Of a DNA stretch of 64,000 nucleotides, positions 9,337 to 18,422 are shown piece after piece. The translations under genes were made by a program, and so were the position numbers. The stretch lies in NCBI GenBank assembly GCA_002869535.1, contig PKUK01000003.1:231347-295346 (forward strand), in the 5' to 3' direction. The notes beneath the pieces are model-generated. The model did no database searches. It had not been told where the DNA came from and saw nothing but the letters and a program-made list of their open reading frames with translations. Numbering within the stretch: position 1 is the stretch's first letter; every line of letters starts with the position of its first letter. Origin of the DNA: Arcobacter sp. (GTDB lineage Bacteria; Campylobacterota; Campylobacteria; Campylobacterales; Arcobacteraceae).

Positions 9337-9835
9337 TTATTTTATTCTCAACTTTATTTCCCATTTTGTCAACATAGCTATAATGAACGGCAGGGTTTCC
9401 CATAACCAAACTATATGGTTCTACATCTTTAGTTACAACACTTCCAGCAGCAATCATTGCATATTCACCTATTGTTATTCCACATACCAAAGTAGAATTA
9501 GCACCTATACTTGCACCCTTTTTAACTAAAGTAGGTGTTATTTCCCACTCTTCATCAAATGCTCTAGGAACTTTATCATTTGTAAAACATGCATTTGGAC
9601 CAACAAAAACATCATCTTCAATAGTTACTCCATGATAAACTGAAACACTATTTTGTATTTTACAATTATTTCCTATTTTGACTTGAGTATCAATATATGT
9701 ATCTTTAGAAATAATACAGTTACTTCCTATTTCACTTTTTTCTCTAACTTGTGAATTAATCCAAATTTTAGTACCTCTACCTATAACAGCTTCAGGTGAC
9801 ACTGATGCAGTTTCATGTATAAAAATATTATTCAT
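9329..9835 (-). CDS. hexapeptide-repeat N-acetyltransferase (divergent WbpD-like paralogue)
   Basis: 168-aa ORF with LbH repeats. VTIEDDVFVGPNACFTNDKVPRAF aligns with the WbpD-like ORF at 158..730. Confidence 0.7.
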   Translation of the reverse strand: MNNIFIHETASVSPEAVIGRGTKIWINSQVREKSEIGSNCIISKDTYIDTQVKIGNNCKIQNSVSVYHGVTIEDDVFVGPNACFTNDKVPRAFDEEWEITPTLVKKGASIGANSTLVCGITIGEYAMIAAGSVVTKDVEPYSLVMGNPAVHYSYVDKMGNKVENKINE

Positions 9836-10814
9836 TTACAACCTCAATGATATAATTTTGTTCTTCTTCTGTTAAAAAAGCTGACATAGGAAGTGCCATG
9901 ATATTTTTTGATATTTTTTCTGTTATGGGGAAATCACCTTCTTTATATCCTAAATATTCAAATACCTCTTGTAAATGAAGAGGTATCGGGTAATACACAC
10001 CAGTAGGAATGTTATTATTGGAACATTTGCTTAACACCGCATCTCTATCTTCAACAAGTATACAATATTGAGCCCAAACAGATAAGCTATTGGGAAAAAT
10101 ATAAGGAGTTGTTATATTTTTTAGTTCGTTATTATATTTTTGAGCAATCTGTTCTCGCTTGATAATTTCTTCAGTATAATACTTCAACTTAACATTTAAT
10201 ATTCCTGCTTGAATAGAATCTAATCTTCCATTAATTCCTATGTGACTATGAACATATCTTTTAGTTTGTCCGTGATTTAAAATAATTCTTAATTTATTTG
10301 CTAAGTCATCATCATTAGTAAAAACTGCTCCCCCATCACCATAACAACCTAGAGGTTTTGCTGGGAAGAAAGAGGTACATGCCAAATTTGATAAACTACA
10401 TGATTTTTTACCTTTATACTCTGCTCCAAAACTTTGAGCAGCATCTTCAATAACTTTTAAATCATGTACTTTTGCTATTTCATTAATTTTATCCATATCT
10501 GAAATTTGACCAAATAAAGAAACCGGCATAATTGCTTTTGTTTTTGAAGTAATCTTTTCTTCAATTAAAGAAGGGGCAATATTAAATGTTTTTGCATCAA
10601 TATAAACAAAAACAGGTTTAGCACCTAAGAATGCAATAGTTTCTGCTGTTGCAATAAATGTAAAAGGTGTAGTAATAATTTCATCTCCTGGCTGTATGTC
10701 AATTGCCATTAATGCCAAAATTAAAGCATCTGTGCCACTACTACATGCTATTGCATGTTTTATACCTACAAATTTTGCTAAATTCTCTTCTAAAGTAGAA
10801 ACTTTATTACCCAT
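9828..10814 (-). CDS. wbpE: WbpE-like DegT-family aminotransferase (UDP-3-oxo-sugar aminotransferase type); true start probably upstream of the first ATG
   Basis: 328 aa from the first ATG. ACTSFFPAKPLGCYGDGGAVFTNDDDLA and NGRLDSIQAGIL match recalled WbpE. The frame stays open upstream to 10949 and encodes a WbpE-like N-terminus (KINFIDLQSQYQKYKSEIDKEIHEVLDTSVYI) with no ATG/GTG/TTG. Confidence 0.8.
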   Translation of the reverse strand: MGNKVSTLEENLAKFVGIKHAIACSSGTDALILALMAIDIQPGDEIITTPFTFIATAETIAFLGAKPVFVYIDAKTFNIAPSLIEEKITSKTKAIMPVSLFGQISDMDKINEIAKVHDLKVIEDAAQSFGAEYKGKKSCSLSNLACTSFFPAKPLGCYGDGGAVFTNDDDLANKLRIILNHGQTKRYVHSHIGINGRLDSIQAGILNVKLKYYTEEIIKREQIAQKYNNELKNITTPYIFPNSLSVWAQYCILVEDRDAVLSKCSNNNIPTGVYYPIPLHLQEVFEYLGYKEGDFPITEKISKNIMALPMSAFLTEEEQNYIIEVVNE

Positions 10815-10924
10815 AATATATACTGAGGTATCAAGTACTTCATGAATCTCTTTATCAATTTCACTTTTATATTTCTGATATTGACTTTGTAAATCTATAA
10901 AATTAATTTTAAATGCTACTATCC

Positions 10925-11671
10925 TTACTTTTCTTTTAATGCCAAATAGTCATAATAACCTAATATCTTTTTTTCTAAAGAAAAAATATCATCACTGGCT
11001 ATGATTTCTATTCTTTTTAATCTCTTTAAGTCTAAATTTTGTTTTGTATTTAAACCAATATGGCTTGAAGTTACAATATTGTATCCTAACTTTTCTATAA
11101 TTTTTATTGTATCCTGATTGTATGAACCATGAGGATAACTCATCTCTTTAATTTCATGACCAACAATATTTTCAAGTCTTTTTTTACTATCAGATAATTC
11201 TATATACTGCACATCATAGGTTAATCTATCCAAATGAGGATGTGTTATGCTATGAGTACCCAACTTACATAAAGAACTCTTTGAAAATAATTTAATTTCC
11301 TCTTCATTCAAATACTGTTTTTTGCCAATAAAACCCGTAGATATATAAAGAGTGAAAGGTACATTATATTTTTCACACAATTCCAGTGCATATAAGTTAT
11401 CTTTATACCCATCATCAAATGTTAGGGAAACCGTATTTGAATTTAATTTATATTTATATTTATCATCAATAGGAATAATATCATGGTGTTCCTTAATATA
11501 TTTTATATGTTCAGAAAACCTCTCTTTTGAAATTGAAATTCCATAATTATCATGAGATAATTTTGAGCCAATAGAATGATAAAGGATAATTCTATTTCCT
11601 ACACTTTTCTTATATTTAAAATATACATTATAATAAATTGATGATAGTGTTGCTTTAATTAATTTTTTCAT
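10925..11671 (-). CDS. polysaccharide deacetylase (NodB-homology) family protein
   Basis: 248-aa ORF with TFDDGYKDN (metal/catalytic Asp motif) and HSITHPHL (His-His motif). Confidence 0.7.
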   Translation of the reverse strand: MKKLIKATLSSIYYNVYFKYKKSVGNRIILYHSIGSKLSHDNYGISISKERFSEHIKYIKEHHDIIPIDDKYKYKLNSNTVSLTFDDGYKDNLYALELCEKYNVPFTLYISTGFIGKKQYLNEEEIKLFSKSSLCKLGTHSITHPHLDRLTYDVQYIELSDSKKRLENIVGHEIKEMSYPHGSYNQDTIKIIEKLGYNIVTSSHIGLNTKQNLDLKRLKRIEIIASDDIFSLEKKILGYYDYLALKEK

Positions 11672-12379
11672 TTATTTTTTTTCAAATACTATTATATATT
11701 GGCTTGCCCACATTTGATATCTTTTCTTGTACCAAATTAAAGGTAAAAATAGCAATTCACATATTTTATATGATATTTTTCCAAAAATATATTGATGGAA
11801 TTTTGTTATTAATATTTCATAATACTTATCACTAACAAATTTAATTCTATGATCTTTTCGGAAATTCTTTATAATTAAGTCATAATCCATACATTGAGGA
11901 TAGTTAACATCACTTCCAACTAACATGAAAATACCCCCTGACTTTAAACTATCAATTATGTTAGAAACTATCTTATGTTGTTCTAAGTATGAATTTACTC
12001 TTGTAATTAAATATACTTCTCTTGAAAATATAAAATTATAACTATTGTCTTCCTTAAATTTAGTCATATCACCTTGCACTAAATTTAATTGTGGATTATT
12101 TCTTTTTAACATATTCATTGCGTCGTCTGAATATTCTAATCCTTTTATATTAAAACCTTTTTTTAAAAATTCATTTGTAATATTGGCAGCTCCACAGCCT
12201 AGATCAATGCAATTATTAGTCTTTTCTAAATTAAAACAAATTATATTTTTCAAAAAAAATAAATAACCTTTTACTATTTTTTTTGATACAAAAGCATCTG
12301 CCGTATGAGAAAAAATATCCTTATCTTCTAGATAGGCTAAATGAGTCTTCTTTTTTGCTATATCATTAAATCCTAACAT
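11672..12379 (-). CDS. class I SAM-dependent methyltransferase
   Basis: 235-aa ORF with motif I DLGCGAANIT and a later acidic loop. Confidence 0.65.
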   Translation of the reverse strand: MLGFNDIAKKKTHLAYLEDKDIFSHTADAFVSKKIVKGYLFFLKNIICFNLEKTNNCIDLGCGAANITNEFLKKGFNIKGLEYSDDAMNMLKRNNPQLNLVQGDMTKFKEDNSYNFIFSREVYLITRVNSYLEQHKIVSNIIDSLKSGGIFMLVGSDVNYPQCMDYDLIIKNFRKDHRIKFVSDKYYEILITKFHQYIFGKISYKICELLFLPLIWYKKRYQMWASQYIIVFEKK

Positions 12380-12396
12380 ACAACAATCTCCTATTT

Positions 12397-13389
12397 TTAG
12401 ATAATATATTTTATTAATTTATTAAAAGTAACATTAACCAACTTATTATTAAATAATTCAAATTCTCCCAAGTAATTGACTATTTTTCCTCCAAATCCCA
12501 CCTTGAATTTATTAACACCATTAGCACTTTGTTCATAAGGTGTTATTCCAGCAAAATCAAACCTTTTTATCCCATTGATAGTAAGGTAATCTAGTAACTC
12601 TTTAATCATGAAATATGAAGCAAACAATTTTCTACCATCTTCATTACTTGCTGCCAAATAATAAAATGCACAATCTTCAAAAATTAGGATAAGACAGCTT
12701 GCAACCACCTTCTCTTCAAAGTAGATTGTTTCAATTAAAAAATTCTTATTAAACGCATTTGATAAATTAATAATATCTTGGTGATTGATTCTTAACTTTT
12801 GAAGGTCTTTAGCCCTAGTCATATTATTATGAATATCAACAAAATCTGTTATACTCTCTGTTGAAGAGAAGGTGGCTTTTAAATTATTTTTTAAAGCTTT
12901 TTTATAATAATAACGATGGTTTGAATTCATATTTTTAATATAATCAATATCTTTTTCAAGATAATGCACTATACTGAAACCACTGTTAATTTTAGAAGAA
13001 ACTATTGTAAGTAAAGGGAGTATATTAAATAAATTTTCACCATTTTTATTGTCATAAAAATTAAACCTAAAATTAAAAATATAATCTTTATAATATTCTC
13101 TTATAGAGTCAATAATTGGTGATAAATATTTTGCATTAACATAATTAATTCCACCACTATTCCATGCTAAGGCTAATCCAAATTTATATTTAATTAAAAA
13201 TTGACATTGCCCCAAATAGTTTCCACTTTTATAAAATGCCAATCGTTCAACTTTCCAATTTGCTGACTTATAATTTCCCCATTCGTATGTTGAAAAAATA
13301 TTATAATTAACGGTGTTTTTTAACTGGCTATTCCAATCTTCTTTATTCTCTATAACTCTAACTTCTACCATAAAAAAGGAACCATCCAT
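12397..13389 (-). CDS. FemAB/CelD-like GNAT-fold acyl- or aminoacyl-transferase
   Basis: 330-aa ORF. The C-terminal half (VVASCLILIFEDCAFYYLAASNEDGRKLFASYFMIKELLDYLTINGIKRFDFAGI) follows the pattern of FemAB/BioF2-like acetyltransferase domains. Assignment by pattern only. Confidence 0.45.
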   Translation of the reverse strand: MDGSFFMVEVRVIENKEDWNSQLKNTVNYNIFSTYEWGNYKSANWKVERLAFYKSGNYLGQCQFLIKYKFGLALAWNSGGINYVNAKYLSPIIDSIREYYKDYIFNFRFNFYDNKNGENLFNILPLLTIVSSKINSGFSIVHYLEKDIDYIKNMNSNHRYYYKKALKNNLKATFSSTESITDFVDIHNNMTRAKDLQKLRINHQDIINLSNAFNKNFLIETIYFEEKVVASCLILIFEDCAFYYLAASNEDGRKLFASYFMIKELLDYLTINGIKRFDFAGITPYEQSANGVNKFKVGFGGKIVNYLGEFELFNNKLVNVTFNKLIKYII

Positions 13390-14381
13390 ACATTTTTATA
13401 AAACTTATAATTACCTGATAAAATCTCTTTTGGTAAATCAGGCCAAGGTAATACAAAATAATTCTTATTTAATAAAAACTTTTAAAATTTATTTTTTTCA
13501 TATTCATTTGCAATAAATGCAAAAGCATAGGGAACAGTATTTTTATTTAAACTACCATATATTGGCTGAATATTAAAATTTTTAGCATAAAACATAATCA
13601 TATTATACATACATTTCCTTCTATTTATCTCATTTTGAATATCTAGTTGTAAAACTCTAGTATCCAATCGAGGTGTGATTTTATCATTTGAAGGAAGCTC
13701 AATATCACTTGATTCATCAAAAGTAGGAAGTGAATGACCAGTTTTAATAAAGCGTAATAGTCTTCTAAATTTTAATATAATTAAACCTAATATGGGATGT
13801 GTATAGTTAATTATTTTCTTAATCATTAATTTATTGTCATAATAATTATCTTCTGTTGTATATTGACTTTGACTATTTTGGAAGTTTATATTTTTTCCTA
13901 AACTACTATTAACAAGCAGTCCTGCCCCATTTGGAAGAAAAACAGTTTTCCTAAAACTAAATATACCAAAATCACCTCTTGTTCCCAAAAATCTACCTTC
14001 ATTATCTTTGCTTAAAAATCCATGTGCATTGTCTTCTATTAATAAAGATTGATATTCTTGACAATAATTTAAAAAAGGTTCTATGTTTTGTGCAAATCCA
14101 AAATAATTTACCATTATAATTGCATCCATTTTCATATTTTCTAATATTGGTTGTAACTTTTCATTTACATGATAAAATTTATATTCTATACCTAAAGTAT
14201 TGATTGGTGATAAAATATCTTTACATATAAAAGCAGGTAGATAAATAGTATTTATTTTTTTTTTCTTTAATAAGTCAAGTAAAGCATATCTGCCATATGA
14301 GTATAAAAATAAACTTGAATCATCAAATAATGTTGACAATTTCAATTGATTTATTGATTTATTTAAATCAAATGGCGTCAT
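13365..14381 (-). pseudogene. divergent DegT-like PLP enzyme, probably interrupted by an in-frame TAA at 13484..13482
   Basis: 299-aa ORF with LIEDNAHGF...GDFGIFSFRKTVFLPNGAGLLVN (DegT active-site pattern). After the stop the same frame reads KFLLNKNYFVLPWPDLPKEILSGNYKFYKNVWMVPFLW, ending at TAG 13367..13365. This resembles the usual '...L...gI....yP' C-terminal segment of the family. Confidence 0.55.
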
Positions 14382-15298
14382 AGTTTTTTAAACTTTCTAC
14401 GTAAATTTACATAGTTTGTATATGACATAAAAAAAGAAAGAATGTATGGTATTAAATACTTTTTTTCTTTTTTAATTGCATTACTTAAATATTGTCGCGA
14501 TTTTGATTTATTATTTCTACTCCATTCACACATGCCATACATATTGTTAATTTTTGTTTGTAACTTTTGTATAGAAGTTTTATACTCTATTTCAAAATTT
14601 TCAATCATGTTTGATAGATCTTTTAATAGAACTTCATATTCTCTTGGAAATAGACATAAACTTCTATCCGATTCACTTCCATGTCCGTATCTCCACTTTG
14701 CTAAAGGTTTATCTAAATAATAACTTTGAGTGTAATATGATAATTTAATAAATAGCTCTGCATCGCTACTTACATTATACTTTGAATTAAAATAAATTTT
14801 ATACTTATCCATTAAAGATTTTCTGACCATAACCGTTTCAAAAGAAAAAAAATAATTTGATAGTAGCTCTTCAAAAATCTTCCCACTAGGCATTTTTTTG
14901 TCATAAGCAAGTCTTTCAACACCCAAATCATTAAAATAAATAGTATTTGAGTACACGATTCCAATATCATCATTTTTCAACATAACTTTTATTTGTTTTT
15001 CTAACTTATCAGGCATCCACAAATCATCAGTATCTAAAACACAAAAAAACTCACCATAAATAAATTCTTTGGCAAATACTCTTGCATTGCATAAATTCAT
15101 ATTATATGGTGTTTTATAATATTTTATTTTAGAATCAAATTTATCCACTATAGTTTTACTTTTATCTGTTGAACAATTATCTATAAATATAATTTCCCAA
15201 TTAGTATATGATTGTGAATATACACTTTGAATAGCTTCTTCTAAATATTTTTGACAATTATAGCAATTCATCAAAATTGATACTAGTGGCTTTTTCAT
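14378..15298 (-). CDS. family 2 glycosyltransferase
   Basis: 306-aa ORF with VSILMNCYN, IDNCSTDKS and LDTDDLW (DXD). Confidence 0.8.
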   Translation of the reverse strand: MKKPLVSILMNCYNCQKYLEEAIQSVYSQSYTNWEIIFIDNCSTDKSKTIVDKFDSKIKYYKTPYNMNLCNARVFAKEFIYGEFFCVLDTDDLWMPDKLEKQIKVMLKNDDIGIVYSNTIYFNDLGVERLAYDKKMPSGKIFEELLSNYFFSFETVMVRKSLMDKYKIYFNSKYNVSSDAELFIKLSYYTQSYYLDKPLAKWRYGHGSESDRSLCLFPREYEVLLKDLSNMIENFEIEYKTSIQKLQTKINNMYGMCEWSRNNKSKSRQYLSNAIKKEKKYLIPYILSFFMSYTNYVNLRRKFKKL

Positions 15299-16161
15299 TC
15301 TAGTCCTTTTTTTAATAAATTAATATATATCTTTAATGAAACTTCCCACTTTTTCATTATATTTAAATTTAATAATTCCAATTTATAATTATATGCTGAC
15401 TCATTGTGAGAAACAGGAGCAATTCTTTTAAACATACCTTGAGGTGCAACTTTTACCTCACAATCTATATCAAAAAATTCAATGATTTTTTTTACATAAT
15501 CATATCTTGATATATTACTCGCACTATTAACACAGTTGAATATACCAAATTGTTGATTTTCAATTAAAACTTCTATTTGTTCAACAAAGTCACTAATATA
15601 CGTAGGATTTCCTATTTGAGTATTATCTGAATAAAGTGTGCCATTCTGTATTGCTTCTAAATATCTTTTATAAACAAAATTTTTCCTATGATTTTTATCT
15701 CCACCATATAGCCAACCTGTTCTTAAAATTAAATATTTATTTAAATGATTTCGTACTATTTTTTCACCTTCAAACTTAGATTTGTGATGAACTGTTGTTG
15801 GATTAACTTCATCAAACTCATTATATCTATCATCTTTACTTCTGCCATATATTCCAGTGCTTGAAATATAAACAAATAATATGTCTTGATTTATACAATA
15901 ATTGACCAAATTTTGTGTCATAAGAGTATTAACAAGATACGATTTGTCTTGGTTAGTTTCACAGGACTCAACATCAGTATAAGCTGCTGTATGAATAATA
16001 ATATCTGGCTTTACTTCTTTTATCTTCTTACAAACTTGTTGATTATTTGTAAGATCTATTGTACTATCAATTCCTACAATATTGTTATATTTTAAATTTG
16101 AGATTAGACTAGAACCTAACATTCCATTTTTGCCAGTAATTAAAATCTTTTTACCATGCAT
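15295..16161 (-). CDS. RmlD-like NAD(P)H-dependent 4-keto-6-deoxy-sugar reductase
   Basis: 288-aa ORF with ILITGKNGMLGSSL, AAYTDVESCE and TGWLYG, typical of the dTDP-4-dehydrorhamnose reductase family. Confidence 0.65.
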   Translation of the reverse strand: MHGKKILITGKNGMLGSSLISNLKYNNIVGIDSTIDLTNNQQVCKKIKEVKPDIIIHTAAYTDVESCETNQDKSYLVNTLMTQNLVNYCINQDILFVYISSTGIYGRSKDDRYNEFDEVNPTTVHHKSKFEGEKIVRNHLNKYLILRTGWLYGGDKNHRKNFVYKRYLEAIQNGTLYSDNTQIGNPTYISDFVEQIEVLIENQQFGIFNCVNSASNISRYDYVKKIIEFFDIDCEVKVAPQGMFKRIAPVSHNESAYNYKLELLNLNIMKKWEVSLKIYINLLKKGLE

Positions 16162-16558
16162 AATTAATTTTTTCTAACTCCATACTTTGGGACTCATTTG
16201 GATCATGTTCTATACTTGCTAAATTTAAAAGTATATTATGTTCTCCTATTCCTCTAAATGCAACCCATGCCTTTGGTTTTACAGTCAAACGATTATAATT
16301 ATTTTGTGATAATTTAATCGAGAAAAATTCTTCAATATCTTCATCAAATACAACAAATTCTACTTCACCTACTGGAACAATAAGATTTAGAATCATTTTA
16401 GTATGTTTTTTCCATCCCTTTATTTCATTTTTATTTATACATGAAAAATAAGCTTCTCCAAAACCTTCATATCCTTTATCGCTCTTTTTCATAGCATGAT
16501 ATATATCACCTTTAGCATGACTAATTTGTTTTAAGGGTGTAACAATTACTTTGTCCAA
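16151..16558 (-). CDS. small RmlC/WxcM-like cupin (putative 4-keto-6-deoxyhexose epimerase or isomerase)
   Basis: 135-aa ORF with a beta-rich cupin-like sequence. Sandwiched between the CDP-glucose 4,6-dehydratase and the RmlD-like reductase. Confidence 0.45.
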   Translation of the reverse strand: MDKVIVTPLKQISHAKGDIYHAMKKSDKGYEGFGEAYFSCINKNEIKGWKKHTKMILNLIVPVGEVEFVVFDEDIEEFFSIKLSQNNYNRLTVKPKAWVAFRGIGEHNILLNLASIEHDPNESQSMELEKINYAW

Positions 16559-17661
16559 ACTAAACCTTTTTCTTTAGCTAAAGTTTCATACTCTTGAATC
16601 TGGCTCATTGTTATATCATAAATGTCTTTATCCGTTTTATAAAAATCATAGTACCATTCACTTGTAAATCTAATAGTATCTTTATATTCAAGATTAGCCT
16701 GCCATTTAAAATAAAATAAAGCTTTATCACAATTAAGTTTTAAAAGGCCTGCTTCATGAAATGGAATATTCCCTGTAACTTTATAAGCATCATTTACATC
16801 ATTAAAATCCCAGTATCCACTTAAATCTATTAATAACTCTTCAACTGTATGATTTTGCTCTGCTCTTGGACCAAAATTAAATGCTTCTCCATGTAAAGAA
16901 TTATCTTCATATAAAACCTGCCCAAGATTAAGATACCCACTTAATGGTTCCAAAACATGCTGCCAAGGTCTAGTAGCTTTAGGAGCTCTAATTTCTACTA
17001 TTTCACCTTCACTCCAAGCCTCCATACAATCAACAACAATTCTATCTGTTGCCCAATCTCCACCACCAATAACATTTCCAGCCCGACCAATTGCTAATTT
17101 TATATTTGAATCTTTACTTTTGAAAAAAGAGTGAAAATATGATTTTATAATAAGTTCAGCAGCACCCTTACTTCCACTATAAATATCTTTTCCACCCATT
17201 TTATCATCTTCTTTATATCCCCATATCTGTTCAATATTATCATAAGCTTTATCACTAGTGATAATAATAGCTGTACATTTATGATTTGATATTTTTAAAG
17301 CTTCCAATATATTTGTTGTGCCCATAACATTTGATGAAATAGTTTCAATAGGTTCAATATAAGAAGTCGATACTATTGGCTGTGCCGCTAAGTGAAATAA
17401 AAAATCAGGTTCTTCAGTTGATATAATTTCTATCATTTTAGACAAATCTCTTATATCTTCTTTATAATGCACAATTTTATTTTCTAAATGCAATTCTTCG
17501 AACATTGAAGGTTTTGTAGGAATATCTTTTGATATTCCTACAACTTCTGCTTTTAATTGTAGTAACCAAGCGGTAAGCCAAGTTCCCTTAAACCCAGTAT
17601 GCCCAGTAACTAAAACTTTTTTACCTTGATAAATATTATTATACATTACCAAACTTTCCAA
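16546..17661 (-). CDS. rfbG: CDP-glucose 4,6-dehydratase
   Basis: VLVTGHTGFKGTWL Rossmann motif and YSGSKGAAE (YxxxK). Likely start is ATG at 17646, overlapping the rfbF TAA by 1 nt (TAATG). Confidence 0.8.
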   Translation of the reverse strand: MESLVMYNNIYQGKKVLVTGHTGFKGTWLTAWLLQLKAEVVGISKDIPTKPSMFEELHLENKIVHYKEDIRDLSKMIEIISTEEPDFLFHLAAQPIVSTSYIEPIETISSNVMGTTNILEALKISNHKCTAIIITSDKAYDNIEQIWGYKEDDKMGGKDIYSGSKGAAELIIKSYFHSFFKSKDSNIKLAIGRAGNVIGGGDWATDRIVVDCMEAWSEGEIVEIRAPKATRPWQHVLEPLSGYLNLGQVLYEDNSLHGEAFNFGPRAEQNHTVEELLIDLSGYWDFNDVNDAYKVTGNIPFHEAGLLKLNCDKALFYFKWQANLEYKDTIRFTSEWYYDFYKTDKDIYDITMSQIQEYETLAKEKGLVWTK

Positions 17662-18419
17662 GGAGCTTTCTTATTTTCCCACATCTCATTTAATTTCATT
17701 TTATCTCTCAATGTATCCATTGGCATCCAAAAACTGTCATGCTTAAATGTATATATTTCATCTTCCTTTGCCAATGTTTTAAGGGGTTCTTGTTCAAAAA
17801 CTGTTTGGTCACCATTTATAATGTAATCAAATACTTTAGGTTCACATACAAAATATCCAGCATTTATCCAACTCCCATCACCTTTTGGTTTTTCCTGAAA
17901 TTCAATAACTTTATTATTTTTATCAATGTGTAATGCTCCAAATCTTCCATCAGGCTGAGCTGACGTCATTGTCATTGCTTTTCCATGAGACTTATGAAAT
18001 TTAATTAATTCTTCAATATTTATATCTGCAACACCGTCTCCATATGTTAACAAAAAGGGTTCATCCCCTATAAAATTTTGTGCCCTTTTAATTCTTCCAC
18101 CTGTCATACTATTAAGACCTGTATCTAATAGTGTTACTTTCCAAGGTTCACTTGAATTATTATGTACTTTCATTGAGCCATCTGACATATCAATTGTTAC
18201 ATCGCTTTGATGTAAAAAATAATTAGCAAAATACTCTTTGATATAATATCCTTTATATCCAAGTAAAATAACAAAATCATTGAAGCCATAAGTTGAATAA
18301 GTTTTCATAATATGCCATAAAATAGGTTTTCCTCCTATTTCAACCATCGGCTTTGGCCTTATATCTGTTTCTTCACTTAGTCTTGTTCCTAGTCCACCAG
18401 CTAATAATACTACTTTCAA
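17646..18419 (-). CDS. rfbF: glucose-1-phosphate cytidylyltransferase
   Basis: 257-aa ORF. MKVVLLAGGLGTRLSEETDIRPKPMVEIGGKPILWHIMK is the canonical RfbF/DdhA N-terminus. Confidence 0.85.
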   Translation of the reverse strand: MKVVLLAGGLGTRLSEETDIRPKPMVEIGGKPILWHIMKTYSTYGFNDFVILLGYKGYYIKEYFANYFLHQSDVTIDMSDGSMKVHNNSSEPWKVTLLDTGLNSMTGGRIKRAQNFIGDEPFLLTYGDGVADINIEELIKFHKSHGKAMTMTSAQPDGRFGALHIDKNNKVIEFQEKPKGDGSWINAGYFVCEPKVFDYIINGDQTVFEQEPLKTLAKEDEIYTFKHDSFWMPMDTLRDKMKLNEMWENKKAPWKVW

Positions 18420-18422
18420 TTT

